The position numbers and the translations under genes were made by a program. A stretch of DNA of 64,000 nt. Source: an uncultured delta proteobacterium (GTDB taxonomy: Bacteria > Desulfobacterota > Desulfobacteria > Desulfobacterales > JAFDCJ01). Position 1 is the stretch's first letter, and each line of letters starts with the position of its first letter. Positions 51,884 through 60,486 of this stretch are shown here, piece after piece. The notes under the pieces were generated by a model, which did not search any database, was not told the origin of the DNA, and saw only the letters and a program-made list of their open reading frames with translations. Location of the stretch: NCBI GenBank assembly GCA_963769935.1, contig CAVYNY010000020.1:288001-352000 (forward strand). The letters run 5' to 3'.

Positions 51884-52795
51884 TTAGGAAAGCTGATTTA
51901 TGATATCCTGAATATCCTGGTCTAAGCGAACTTCTACGTGATCTTCACCGAAATGAAACTCCTCGAAATATTCAGTCTTGCCATAAACCGCCCGGCTGAT
52001 TCTGTCGATGATCAGCATTTTTTTGCGGGCATCCGGCTTATTAACCAGGATTACCCGTTTCCCCTCAAGGAGCAGTGTTTCCGGATTGCTTTTTTGGAGC
52101 TGGGCTTCCATTTGTTTGGCTTTTTCCAGGCTGCGCAAATAAAACCTTTTTTTGGCCATCAAAGCCCGGTATACCTCTGTGTCTTCATTAATTTCATCCA
52201 GTAAAGACAGCGCAAAATCCAGGCATTCGTTGAAATCATGGCTTGCAGGTTCCATTTTTTCGAAAAAATCACATAAAAACTGAATTTTGTTTGCGCCGGA
52301 TGAAAATCTGGAGTTCCGAATCTTCACCTTATAACGATTGCGCACATCCGAAACGGCCCGGTTATTGACGACAGCACACAACTTCGGGTCCAAGTGTTTG
52401 GCGATATGTAGTCGCGAAATTAACAGCGGCGCGACTTCCTGAGGCAGCAAAAGGTTCAGGGTTGCGCTTTTTTCCGGGAACCGGAAGACGGCTGGGAGCG
52501 GTTCGCGGCTAAGAAAATTTTGCACTTTGTTTTCATCCGGATGGCGGAGCCGAAGAGTTTCAAGCAACTCTTCCAGCTGAAGCTGCATGGATTCATCCGG
52601 GAAAAATAATAGCTCCAGCAACGAATCCTTCTCGCAGTTGGAATCATCGAGCAATAAGCTCTGAAGCTCTTCGAGGGTGGGATTGGAGAAAGTGGAGTCG
52701 ATGTATTGGATCACATCGCCGCTGAGTGTGATACCGTTGCCGAGAATGTTGCGAATTTCAGCGGCGAGGCGCGCGCATTTTTCTTCTGATTCCAT
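51884..52795 (-). CDS. Hypothetical protein
   Basis: 303-aa ORF with no recognised motif. Confidence 0.75.
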   Translation of the reverse strand: MESEEKCARLAAEIRNILGNGITLSGDVIQYIDSTFSNPTLEELQSLLLDDSNCEKDSLLELLFFPDESMQLQLEELLETLRLRHPDENKVQNFLSREPLPAVFRFPEKSATLNLLLPQEVAPLLISRLHIAKHLDPKLCAVVNNRAVSDVRNRYKVKIRNSRFSSGANKIQFLCDFFEKMEPASHDFNECLDFALSLLDEINEDTEVYRALMAKKRFYLRSLEKAKQMEAQLQKSNPETLLLEGKRVILVNKPDARKKMLIIDRISRAVYGKTEYFEEFHFGEDHVEVRLDQDIQDIINQLS

Positions 52796-52808
52796 AATAC
52801 TATTTTTG

Positions 52809-52992
52809 GGTTGGCCCTTTGGCCGGTTGGCCCGTTGCCCGGTTATCGGCCAGCTGTTTTGTCAGTTGACTATAGAGCATAGCTTTCATAAACAACGTGC
52901 TATCCGACCATCGGATCAACGCATCAATGGCCCAACGGGCTAACCGGCCAACGGGCCAACGGGCTAACCGGCCAACGGGCCAACGGGCCAAC
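52809..52992. repeat. Inverted arrays of octamer GGCCAACG/CGTTGGCC
   Basis: Left arm about 52809-52846; right arm about 8 tandem units at 52929-52992. Confidence 0.8.
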
Positions 52993-52996
52993 CTTC

Positions 52997-53584
52997 TCAT
53001 ATGTAAGGTGCCATTTTAATCATCAGATCGTGCTTCTGCAATCCGCCCGGCCCGCTTTCTTTCATTTGACCTTTGTCAAAAATAAAAATAAACGGCACGC
53101 TCAAAATGCTGAACTTGGAGGCCAGCTTCGGGTTTGCATCAACATTTATTTTTGCGACCCGGACCTTGCCTTTTGATTCGACCCCAAACTGGTCGATAAT
53201 CGGTGCGATTGCACCGCATGTCGGTCACCAGGGTGCCCAGGCCCACATCAGTACGGGAAGGGGCGATTTTAGCACCATGGTATCGAAATTGTCCTCGCTG
53301 ATCATAATGGGTTGCGGGATGAACAATTCCTCTGTTTTTAACTTCGCGCCGCATTTACCACATTTGGCGCCGGCATTTAATTTTTTACCGGGTAACCTGT
53401 TTTTGGCACCGCATTCAGTGCAGCGAATTTTATAGCTGGCTTGCGGCGCTGTCGCATTCTCATCCAACGGCAATTCGGCGTGGCACTTGCCGCATTTGGC
53501 CGCTTTACCGATCCGATCGGGCGGAATTCGATTGGCTGCATTACAGCTAGGGCAGCGAACTATGTGTGGGGCGTTGTCATTCAT
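52997..53584 (-). CDS. Selenocysteine-containing thioredoxin (TrxC-like, WUPTC) with two N-terminal C4 zinc ribbons
   Basis: In-frame TGA at 53225-53227 occupies the first-Cys position (WAPW-U-PTC). The thioredoxin fold continues KINVD.NP.LASKFSILSVP to a TGA at 52997. A hairpin lies just 3' of the UGA. Confidence 0.85.
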
Positions 53585-53757
53585 GGCTTTTTTGTCCTGA
53601 ATAATACCTGTTCCGTCGTGATCGATTCTTTACCCTCGCGGCTTTAACCCGTATCCCCGGATCAACCCGATTTCAGGGAACCATTCACCCGGCAGGCAGA
53701 ATACCAGATTTTTTTGTATATTATAATGTTTTAGCCGCCAATGTAAAGACAGAAGCC

Positions 53758-54122
53758 GGGAAGTTGTGAAGTTGCGAAGGTGGGAGGGAAAATTGAGCAA
53801 AGCGCATAGAGCAGACAGCATAGCGTCCGGATGATAGGTGACAGAATGTAAGAAATAGGCACAAGGCTTAAGGCTAACGGCACAAGGCAATGGAAAATGT
53901 CGAATCGCTTAAGGTCACGGTTTCACGCTATGCGCTATGCTCCCTGCCCTATGCTGATTGATCCGGCCTTCTGCCGGGAGTTTTCAAGCTTTCCAGCCTT
54001 CTGCACCGTGCGCCTTTGACCCTTATCCTTCAGCTTTGCGCTTTGCTATCTTCTCTATACTCAATTTTTCTCACCTTCACACCTTCTCACCTTCTGACCT
54101 TCTGCCCTCCGTCTTCTGTCCT
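53758..54122. repeat. Nested inverted arrays of several heptamer/octamer families
   Basis: GGGAAGTT/GTGAAGTT vs ACCTTCTC; AGCGCAT/AGAGCAG vs GCGCTAT/GCCCTAT; AGGCACA/AGGCTTA vs CGCCTTT/ACCCTTA. Confidence 0.75.
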
Positions 54123-55497
54123 ATAACATCACCCCGTAGGCCTTCAGCTTCTTATGCAATGTTTTGCGGGTGATGCCGAGGCGGCGGGCGGCCTCGCTTT
54201 TGTTGCCGCCGGCGGCTTCGAGGGTATTTAGAATGGTGGCCCTTTCCACCTCATCAAGCGGCACAGCGCCATCCAGTCGGACACTGATACTATCCGGCAG
54301 GCACTGATCGTTACAGGCATTGCTTTCGTTGATAATCGTAAAATCCTTTTCAGATAGAAAATGCGACTGGGTGAGCACGACCGCTCTTTCCACGGCGTTC
54401 ATTAATTCTCTGACATTGCCCGGCCAATCATAGCGAATCATGGCATCCATGGCCCGGGGCGTATATCCTCTGATCTTTTTATGGTTTCGGGCGGCAAACT
54501 CCTCCAGAAAATGCTGGGCGAGCAGCGGAATATCTTCTCGCCGCTTTTTTAAGGGCGGGATAGTCAGGTAGACCACATTGAGACGGTAATACAAGTCTTC
54601 GCGAAATGCTCCCCTGCCGATCAAATCCTGCAAATTTTTATTGGTGGCGGCGATCATCCTTACATCCACCTTAACGGAATTTTCTCCACCGACACGGGTA
54701 AATTCTCTTTCCTGCAGGACCCGCAGCAGTTTTACCTGCATGGTCAACGACATTTCACTGACTTCGTCCAGAAACAGACTGCCGCCATGAGCCTGAAAAA
54801 AACGACCCTCCTTGCGGCGCTCGGCTCCGGTAAAGGCGCCCTTCTCATGGCCGAAAAGCTCCGATTCCAAGAGAGTCTCGGTAATGGCGGCGCAGTTGAG
54901 TTTAACGAAAGGGCCGTCTTTGCGGTGGCTGTTGAAATGGATGGCGCCGGCAATGAGTTCCTTGCCGGTGCCGGATTCGCCGGTGATGAGCGCGGTGGCT
55001 TCCGAGGGTGCCACCTGAGCAACAGTCTCTAAAAGATTCAGCATGGCGGGGCTTTGGCCGATAATGTTTTGCCGATCAAAATGCCTGCCCAGGCTTTCTT
55101 TAAGCAGCCGGTTTTCTTCTTTGAGCCGGGTGTGCTCCATGGATCTTGCAATAGTGATCTTCAGCTTATCGAAATCCAGGGGCTTGGTCAGATAGTCATG
55201 GGCGCCTTTTTTGAGCGCTTCGACGGCTGTTTCAACGGAAGAATAGGCGGTCATGATGATTATCGGAATCGCCGGGTTATAGGATTTAATTTTTTCCAGC
55301 GCCTCCAGACCCGACATTTTGACCATGCGGACATCCATCAGGATCAGATCATAGGAATGCTCCTGAGTCTTCGCCACGGCTAAGGCGCCGTCATCAGCTT
55401 CTTCGATAGTGTACCCCCAGCCGCCAACCAGGGTTCGCAGCATGGTGCGATGGGCGTTGTCGTCGTCCACAACCAAAATTTTGCTGTTTTCCGTCAT
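54121..55497 (-). CDS. zraR: Sigma-54-dependent response regulator ZraR-like
   Basis: Receiver domain, [34 protein letters not shown]. Adjacent to ZraS/ZraP-like genes. Confidence 0.85.
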   Translation of the reverse strand: MTENSKILVVDDDNAHRTMLRTLVGGWGYTIEEADDGALAVAKTQEHSYDLILMDVRMVKMSGLEALEKIKSYNPAIPIIIMTAYSSVETAVEALKKGAHDYLTKPLDFDKLKITIARSMEHTRLKEENRLLKESLGRHFDRQNIIGQSPAMLNLLETVAQVAPSEATALITGESGTGKELIAGAIHFNSHRKDGPFVKLNCAAITETLLESELFGHEKGAFTGAERRKEGRFFQAHGGSLFLDEVSEMSLTMQVKLLRVLQEREFTRVGGENSVKVDVRMIAATNKNLQDLIGRGAFREDLYYRLNVVYLTIPPLKKRREDIPLLAQHFLEEFAARNHKKIRGYTPRAMDAMIRYDWPGNVRELMNAVERAVVLTQSHFLSEKDFTIINESNACNDQCLPDSISVRLDGAVPLDEVERATILNTLEAAGGNKSEAARRLGITRKTLHKKLKAYGVML

Positions 55498-55501
55498 ACG
55501 T

Positions 55502-57280
55502 CTAACCTCTCTTCTCCCTGACGGGAATTGTCAGCGTAAAAGTTGTCCCCTGTCCCGCTTCGCTCTTGACTTCGATGGTGCCGCCCATGGTTTCGACAAT
55601 ATTATGGGCAATCGCCAGACCGAGGCCGGTACCGGACGATTTGGTGGTAAAATAAGGATCGAATATTCTGGACAGGTCTTCACCGGAAATGCCGTGGCCG
55701 GTATCCGAAACCCGAATTTTTAAACCGCTGTTTGCTCCGCTGCCTGAAACCTCAATCTGCAACCGTCCGCCCGGCTCCATCGCTTCAATTGCATTGAGGT
55801 AAAGATTCAAAAGGACCTGATTGATGCGATCCGGATCTATTTCCACTTTATCGATATGCGCCGAGTTGCGGGTGCTGATGGTAATTTGTTTATCCTGCGC
55901 CTGCCGTTCGATGACCTTCAGGGAGTCTTCCAATATCGTCTTAAACGAAGCGGCTGTGGGCGATACCGTGACCGGCCTGGCAAATTCGAGCAGCTGGCTG
56001 ACGACCCGATTGAGGCGGTCGACCTCCTGAATCATGATGCCTGCGGTTTGCCGGTCTTCGGGCACATCCTGATAGCGCTGTTTAAAGTAGGTGGCAAATC
56101 CTTTAATGGAGCTCAAGGGGTTGCGGATTTCGTGGGCCACTCCGGCGGCCAGTCTGCCGACCGAGGCCAGGCGCCGGCTTCTTTCAATTTCGCTTCGCAA
56201 GGCGCGGACTTCCGTCAGATCTTTAAATAAAATGACATATCCAAGACCAGTTCCGTTTTCATCCGCCAGGAGGCTGGCCCCTGTTTCCAGCGGAACTGTA
56301 AGGCCGTCGCCGATCGTGCAGTCAATTTCCTTTTCGATCACCCGATTCTGTATTTCGGGACATTTCAGAGCGGCGCATAATTCCGGCGGCAGGATTTGCT
56401 CCGCAGGCCGGCCCATTGCATCCTGAAAGGAAATCTGCAACAAGGATTCGGCGGTATGATTGAAAGCCGCGATTCGCTGCCGGTCGTCCAGCGCGATCAG
56501 ACCAATCGGCATGTTTTCGACCACATTGTCCGAAAAGGCCTTGATTCTGGAAAGCGAAGCCCGGGTAGCGCGATAGCCTTGAAAAACAAACAGCAGCGTA
56601 ATGCCGGCAAAACCTACCAGCAGCAAAATGACCCCCATGATCACAGCGTGCCGAATATCGATTCGATGAGCCTCCTCAATGGCCGTCATATCGAGTCCGA
56701 CAAAAATGATTTTGGCGGATTCATCAGGCGACCGTGGATACATTTCTCCGGCGGTTGAATTTTGATGCATGCGACGGCCCATCATACCGCCGCCATACAT
56801 CCATCCAAGGGGCCGTTCGGTTGGTGTGAACCGGCGATATACCTCGAACACGCGGCTGCCGTCCGGGTTTTTGAGGATGCGCCACTGCGGCGTCCGGATC
56901 TCGGAGATCTTTTTCAGGTCCATATCGGTTCCGTAATAGCGGCCGACCAGCTTCAGGTTGTTGTCAGCAATTATTTTTCCTGTATCATCGGTTACCAGCA
57001 GATCTACGATATCCGGTTGTTGGGCCGTCTCCGTGAGAAGCCGCTGCAGCTGAAATCCCCCGGGATGCATGCCCATCATTCCCGTGCGGGCGCCGGCTTC
57101 AAAGGATCGGATGAGAGCAGCGCCTTTTTCCAGCAAAAGCTGGGTGCTTTTTTCCTGCTGACGATTAATATTCGTCACGGTTATCAAGGTAAACAGCGGC
57201 AGCAAAATGGCCACCGCTCCGATCAACGTCCAGGGCGGGACCCCTGTCCAGAATTGCCTGTTTTTGATTTTGGTAAACAT
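55502..57280 (-). CDS. zraS: PAS sensor histidine kinase ZraS-like
   Basis: LLEKGAALIRSFEAGARTGM, AHEIRNPLSSIKGFATYF, QVLLNLYLNA. Confidence 0.85.
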   Translation of the reverse strand: MFTKIKNRQFWTGVPPWTLIGAVAILLPLFTLITVTNINRQQEKSTQLLLEKGAALIRSFEAGARTGMMGMHPGGFQLQRLLTETAQQPDIVDLLVTDDTGKIIADNNLKLVGRYYGTDMDLKKISEIRTPQWRILKNPDGSRVFEVYRRFTPTERPLGWMYGGGMMGRRMHQNSTAGEMYPRSPDESAKIIFVGLDMTAIEEAHRIDIRHAVIMGVILLLVGFAGITLLFVFQGYRATRASLSRIKAFSDNVVENMPIGLIALDDRQRIAAFNHTAESLLQISFQDAMGRPAEQILPPELCAALKCPEIQNRVIEKEIDCTIGDGLTVPLETGASLLADENGTGLGYVILFKDLTEVRALRSEIERSRRLASVGRLAAGVAHEIRNPLSSIKGFATYFKQRYQDVPEDRQTAGIMIQEVDRLNRVVSQLLEFARPVTVSPTAASFKTILEDSLKVIERQAQDKQITISTRNSAHIDKVEIDPDRINQVLLNLYLNAIEAMEPGGRLQIEVSGSGANSGLKIRVSDTGHGISGEDLSRIFDPYFTTKSSGTGLGLAIAHNIVETMGGTIEVKSEAGQGTTFTLTIPVREKRG

Positions 57281-57436
57281 AATTAATCCGCCCTGAAACA
57301 TAGCGTCATCAGGTTTGAATAAATTTCTTTGAAAACTGAAGCAACTTTTTTAAGCCAAGCTCCGGCGGCTTAATTACCTTATGCTGCGCATATTTTTTAT
57401 TTCATTTTAAAGCAAATAAGAGGCCAACTCACGAAA

Positions 57437-57612
57437 AATGCCTGAATTGCACTAAAATGCACTAAAATGCCTTGTATGATTGTGATCCTGAGCATAGGTT
57501 TTCCTTGGAATCTGTGGGAATCCGCGCAAGTCCGTGTCCGAATTTCCAATAAAAAATTAGAGATAAGATCAGATTAAAATTTTAGGCATTTTAGACAATT
57601 TCTAATTTTAGT
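57437..57612. repeat. Inverted TGC(A)CTAAA / TTTTAG(G/A)CA arrays
   Basis: TGCCTGAATTGCACTAAAATGCACTAAAATGCCT vs TTTTAGGCATTTTAGACAATT..TTTTAGTCAT. Confidence 0.6.
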
Positions 57613-57622
57613 CATTCTCACT

Positions 57623-57672
57623 TGGATACTTTCTAACCAATTGGATCCACCAGACTGGATACTTCGTATCCA
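57623..57672. promoter_or_regulatory. Tandem palindromic enhancer (UAS) sites TGGATA-N5-TATCCA
   Basis: TGGATACTTTCTAACCA (57623-39) and TGGATACTTCGTATCCA (57656-72), 33 bp apart, upstream of a sigma-54 promoter. Confidence 0.7.
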
Positions 57673-57780
57673 CCCTTTCAATATGATGACCAATTCAGCG
57701 TTGTCAATGTTTGGCAGGGCAATAGAAATAAAATTTAAATTTCAATAACTTAGATAAAAAATCGCCTTGCATTCGAACGT

Positions 57781-57796
57781 TGGCACGCCCCATGCA
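57781..57796 (+). promoter_or_regulatory. Sigma-54 -24/-12 promoter of the zraP-like gene
   Basis: TGGCACGCCCCATGCA, GG-N10-GC. Confidence 0.8.
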
Positions 57797-57872
57797 CATA
57801 CAAAATTATAAAAGTAATCGGTTAAACTCTTTACGGTTCAAACAAAATATCAGCTTAAATGGAGGTAAAAAA

Positions 57873-58475
57873 ATGAAGATGAACACTTTGGGTAAAATCG
57901 TTGTTGCTGCGGCAATCGTCGGAGTCGTGGGATTTGCTGCAACCTCATTTGCCGGCTGGGGCCGAGGATGGGGCGGCGGCGGTTACTGCCTGGGTCAGGG
58001 TCCCGGGTCGGGCCGGTGGGGCGGCGGCGCTCCCGGTTATCAAGGTAATTTGAACGATCAGGACGTCGACAAGTTAAATAAAGAGCGGCAGGCCTTTTTT
58101 GAAGATACCCGCGAACTCAGGGAAAAGCTTTATCAAAAAGAACTCGAGTTAAGAAGCGAAATGACCAAACAGGAACCGGATGTCAACAAAGCCGTTGCGC
58201 TGCAAAAAGAGGTCTCCGAGCTTCAAGGCCAACTGGACCAAAAGCGAGTCGAGCAGGGTATCAAGATGCAAAAAGAGAATCCGGATTTCTTTGCCCAGAG
58301 AGGCTACGGACCCGGCTACGGTTATGGTCCCCGCGGAGGTATGGGGATGGGTTATGGCCCCGGAGGTATGGGGATGGGTTATGGCCCCGGCGGTATGGGA
58401 ATGGGGTATGGACCCCGCGGCGGTATGGGAATAGGTCGGGGGTTCTCAGGCCAGGGAGGCGGTTGCGGGTATTAG
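57873..58475 (+). CDS. zraP: ZraP/Spy/CpxP family periplasmic protein with Gly/Met-rich repeats
   Basis: Signal peptide, LREKLYQKELEL..PD..K...LQKEVSEL..QLDQKR, GYGPGGMGM repeats, C-terminal GCGY. Divergent from zraSR. Confidence 0.8.
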   Translation: MKMNTLGKIVVAAAIVGVVGFAATSFAGWGRGWGGGGYCLGQGPGSGRWGGGAPGYQGNLNDQDVDKLNKERQAFFEDTRELREKLYQKELELRSEMTKQEPDVNKAVALQKEVSELQGQLDQKRVEQGIKMQKENPDFFAQRGYGPGYGYGPRGGMGMGYGPGGMGMGYGPGGMGMGYGPRGGMGIGRGFSGQGGGCGY

Positions 58476-58541
58476 TGGAACTTTCGCAGGCCTATCAGAC
58501 AAATATCAACCAAACACCAAATTCCAAACCTCAATAATTCG

Positions 58542-58576
58542 AATCCCGCTCTTAAGAAATTAAGGGCGGGATTTTT
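58542..58576 (+). terminator. Rho-independent terminator
   Basis: AATCCCGCTCTTAA-GAAA-TTAAGGGCGGGATTTTT. Confidence 0.8.
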
Positions 58577-58869
58577 CATCTTCCTTGACTCGGTTGTAAA
58601 TTTCCACTATTTACCAACTACTCGGTCAATAGCATTCACCTCTCTATCAATCCTAAATTCAGATGATAAGTATGCATTTGCGCGGTAACGGACTATTTTA
58701 CCATAGCGTCGATCTGGTTTTTCGGGCAACTTGTCAATTCAATTTAAAAAACCCATAACACATGAAAGGAGGATATTCGGGAATATTATCAAATGGTTTT
58801 ATCAAACCGTGCGTCGAAAGTCTGGAACGCCTTCTCAAATGCAACCAACTTACCAAAAAGGAGGACCAA

Positions 58870-60165
58870 ATGACAAAAAGATTCTTGACCACAACCATCT
58901 GTGCGGCCCTTGCAGCGGCGCTGCTGCTCCTGCCGATTACAGGGACGCAGGCCGCAGACAAAGTCGGCTGGGTCGGCCCTGTTTACACAGAATTGGCTGA
59001 GAGCCTGACCAGGGGTTTCAAGGCATACTATCAGAAAACCTATGGCAAGGAAGTGGACATCACCTTTGTGCATCCCGGCGGATGGCCGGTTTGCGTGGAC
59101 AAAGTCAAGGCATGGGGCGGCAAGCCGGATGCCGACGTCTTCCTGGGTGCCGGCGCGCCGGCGCATGAAGTCCTAAAGCAGGAGGGGCTGATCGTCCCCT
59201 ACCGGCCGAAGGATTGGGACAAGATTCCCGCCGAATGGCATGGTATGAAAGTTAAGGATGCCGATGATTATTGGACCTGTTTTGCGCCCTGGATCGTCAC
59301 CAATCTTTACAACGAGAAGATACTGAAACGCCTCCGGCTGCCGCCGCCCAAAACCTGGAACGAACTGATCAACCCCATTTACCGGGGTACCATCGTGCAT
59401 ACATTGCCGTATGCCTCCGGCACCATGCATGAAGCCATCGAAATTCTGCTGCAGGCCTTTGGCGAAAAGGAAGGTTGGGCCTATCTCAGATATTTGGCGG
59501 CGCAGCTGGATCGGTTCTCCACCGGCAGCACCGATACGACCCAGTTGGTGGGCCGCGGCGAAATTCCCATCGGCGTCGCACAGCCGCAGATGAACGCAAT
59601 GGCCGCGCGCAAAGACGGCTATCCCGTGAAGGATCTGCTGCCGGAAAAAACGATCCTGGTTCCGGAAGCGGTGGCCTTGCTGAAAGGTGCACCCAATGAG
59701 GCCGTCGGGAAGATTTTTCTGGACTGGCTGTTCAGCATGGACGGCCAGAAATACGTACTGGAGGGACGGTATTTTCCGGCCCGGACCGACATTAAATACT
59801 CCGACTGGGCCAAAGAAGGCGTCGAAATGGCCACGCACGCTGAAGATGCGCTGGGAGTGGATTCTTTCTGGGATCTGAATGTCGGCTTCATCAATTACGA
59901 CCTGGATCTTGCGACCAAGCGCTGGGACGATGTCAACCGCTACTATGAATATGAAATTTACCGCAAATGGGGCGAGCTGAAAAGCAGCCTGTCTCTGATC
60001 GAGGAAGTCGAGGGCGAAGTCCAAGCGGCCAAAGGCCAGAACATGGATGTCAGCAAGGCCGAGGCCCAGATAAAAGAAGCACGAAATCTCTTCGCTTATG
60101 ACGGCAACTATGCAGCCGCCCGCCTGGCGGCATCCAAGGCACGGGCGCTGCTGGTGGCACCGTAA
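58870..60165 (+). CDS. ABC transporter substrate-binding protein (Fe3+/thiamine/polyamine cluster)
   Basis: Signal peptide, ADVFLG, PKTWNEL, P.ASGT, FLDWLFS..GQ. RBS GGAGG. Confidence 0.88.
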   Translation: MTKRFLTTTICAALAAALLLLPITGTQAADKVGWVGPVYTELAESLTRGFKAYYQKTYGKEVDITFVHPGGWPVCVDKVKAWGGKPDADVFLGAGAPAHEVLKQEGLIVPYRPKDWDKIPAEWHGMKVKDADDYWTCFAPWIVTNLYNEKILKRLRLPPPKTWNELINPIYRGTIVHTLPYASGTMHEAIEILLQAFGEKEGWAYLRYLAAQLDRFSTGSTDTTQLVGRGEIPIGVAQPQMNAMAARKDGYPVKDLLPEKTILVPEAVALLKGAPNEAVGKIFLDWLFSMDGQKYVLEGRYFPARTDIKYSDWAKEGVEMATHAEDALGVDSFWDLNVGFINYDLDLATKRWDDVNRYYEYEIYRKWGELKSSLSLIEEVEGEVQAAKGQNMDVSKAEAQIKEARNLFAYDGNYAAARLAASKARALLVAP

Positions 60166-60279
60166 GGTCGTCTCAAGAAAATCTCCAATCGGGAGTTGGA
60201 GGTTTAGTACGTTTAAGGCGGGGAGGCTTATTCGCTGATAATTTCAAAAGCTGATGAGCTGGTGATCCTGAAAGATGAA

Positions 60280-60452
60280 AGGGTGCGAAGCCGGGAAGTT
60301 GGGAAGTGCGAAGGCCAAAATCGGTCTATTTTTTAAGCTTACCGGGTTCCCGGCTTCAACACCCCTTGACTTGCAAGCTTTCCAGCATGCCGGCCTCCCG
60401 GCTTCCCTGCTGCCGGCGTCATGCGGCTTTCGTATTTCGTGCTTCGAATTTT
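60280..60452. repeat. Inverted octamer arrays (GGGAAGCC/GGCTTCCC family) plus TTTCG(T/A) heptamers
   Basis: GCGAAGCC GGGAAGTT GGGAAGT vs CCCGGCTT..CCGGCCTC CCGGCTTCCC; TTTCGTA TTTCGTG CTTCGAA. Confidence 0.6.
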
Positions 60453-60486
60453 CAACTTGGACATTATGCTAATTAAGGGATCAGAC

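Noticed and set aside
52800..53000. ORF MRRLARWPVGRLARW...
   Set aside because: Translation of the octamer repeat array
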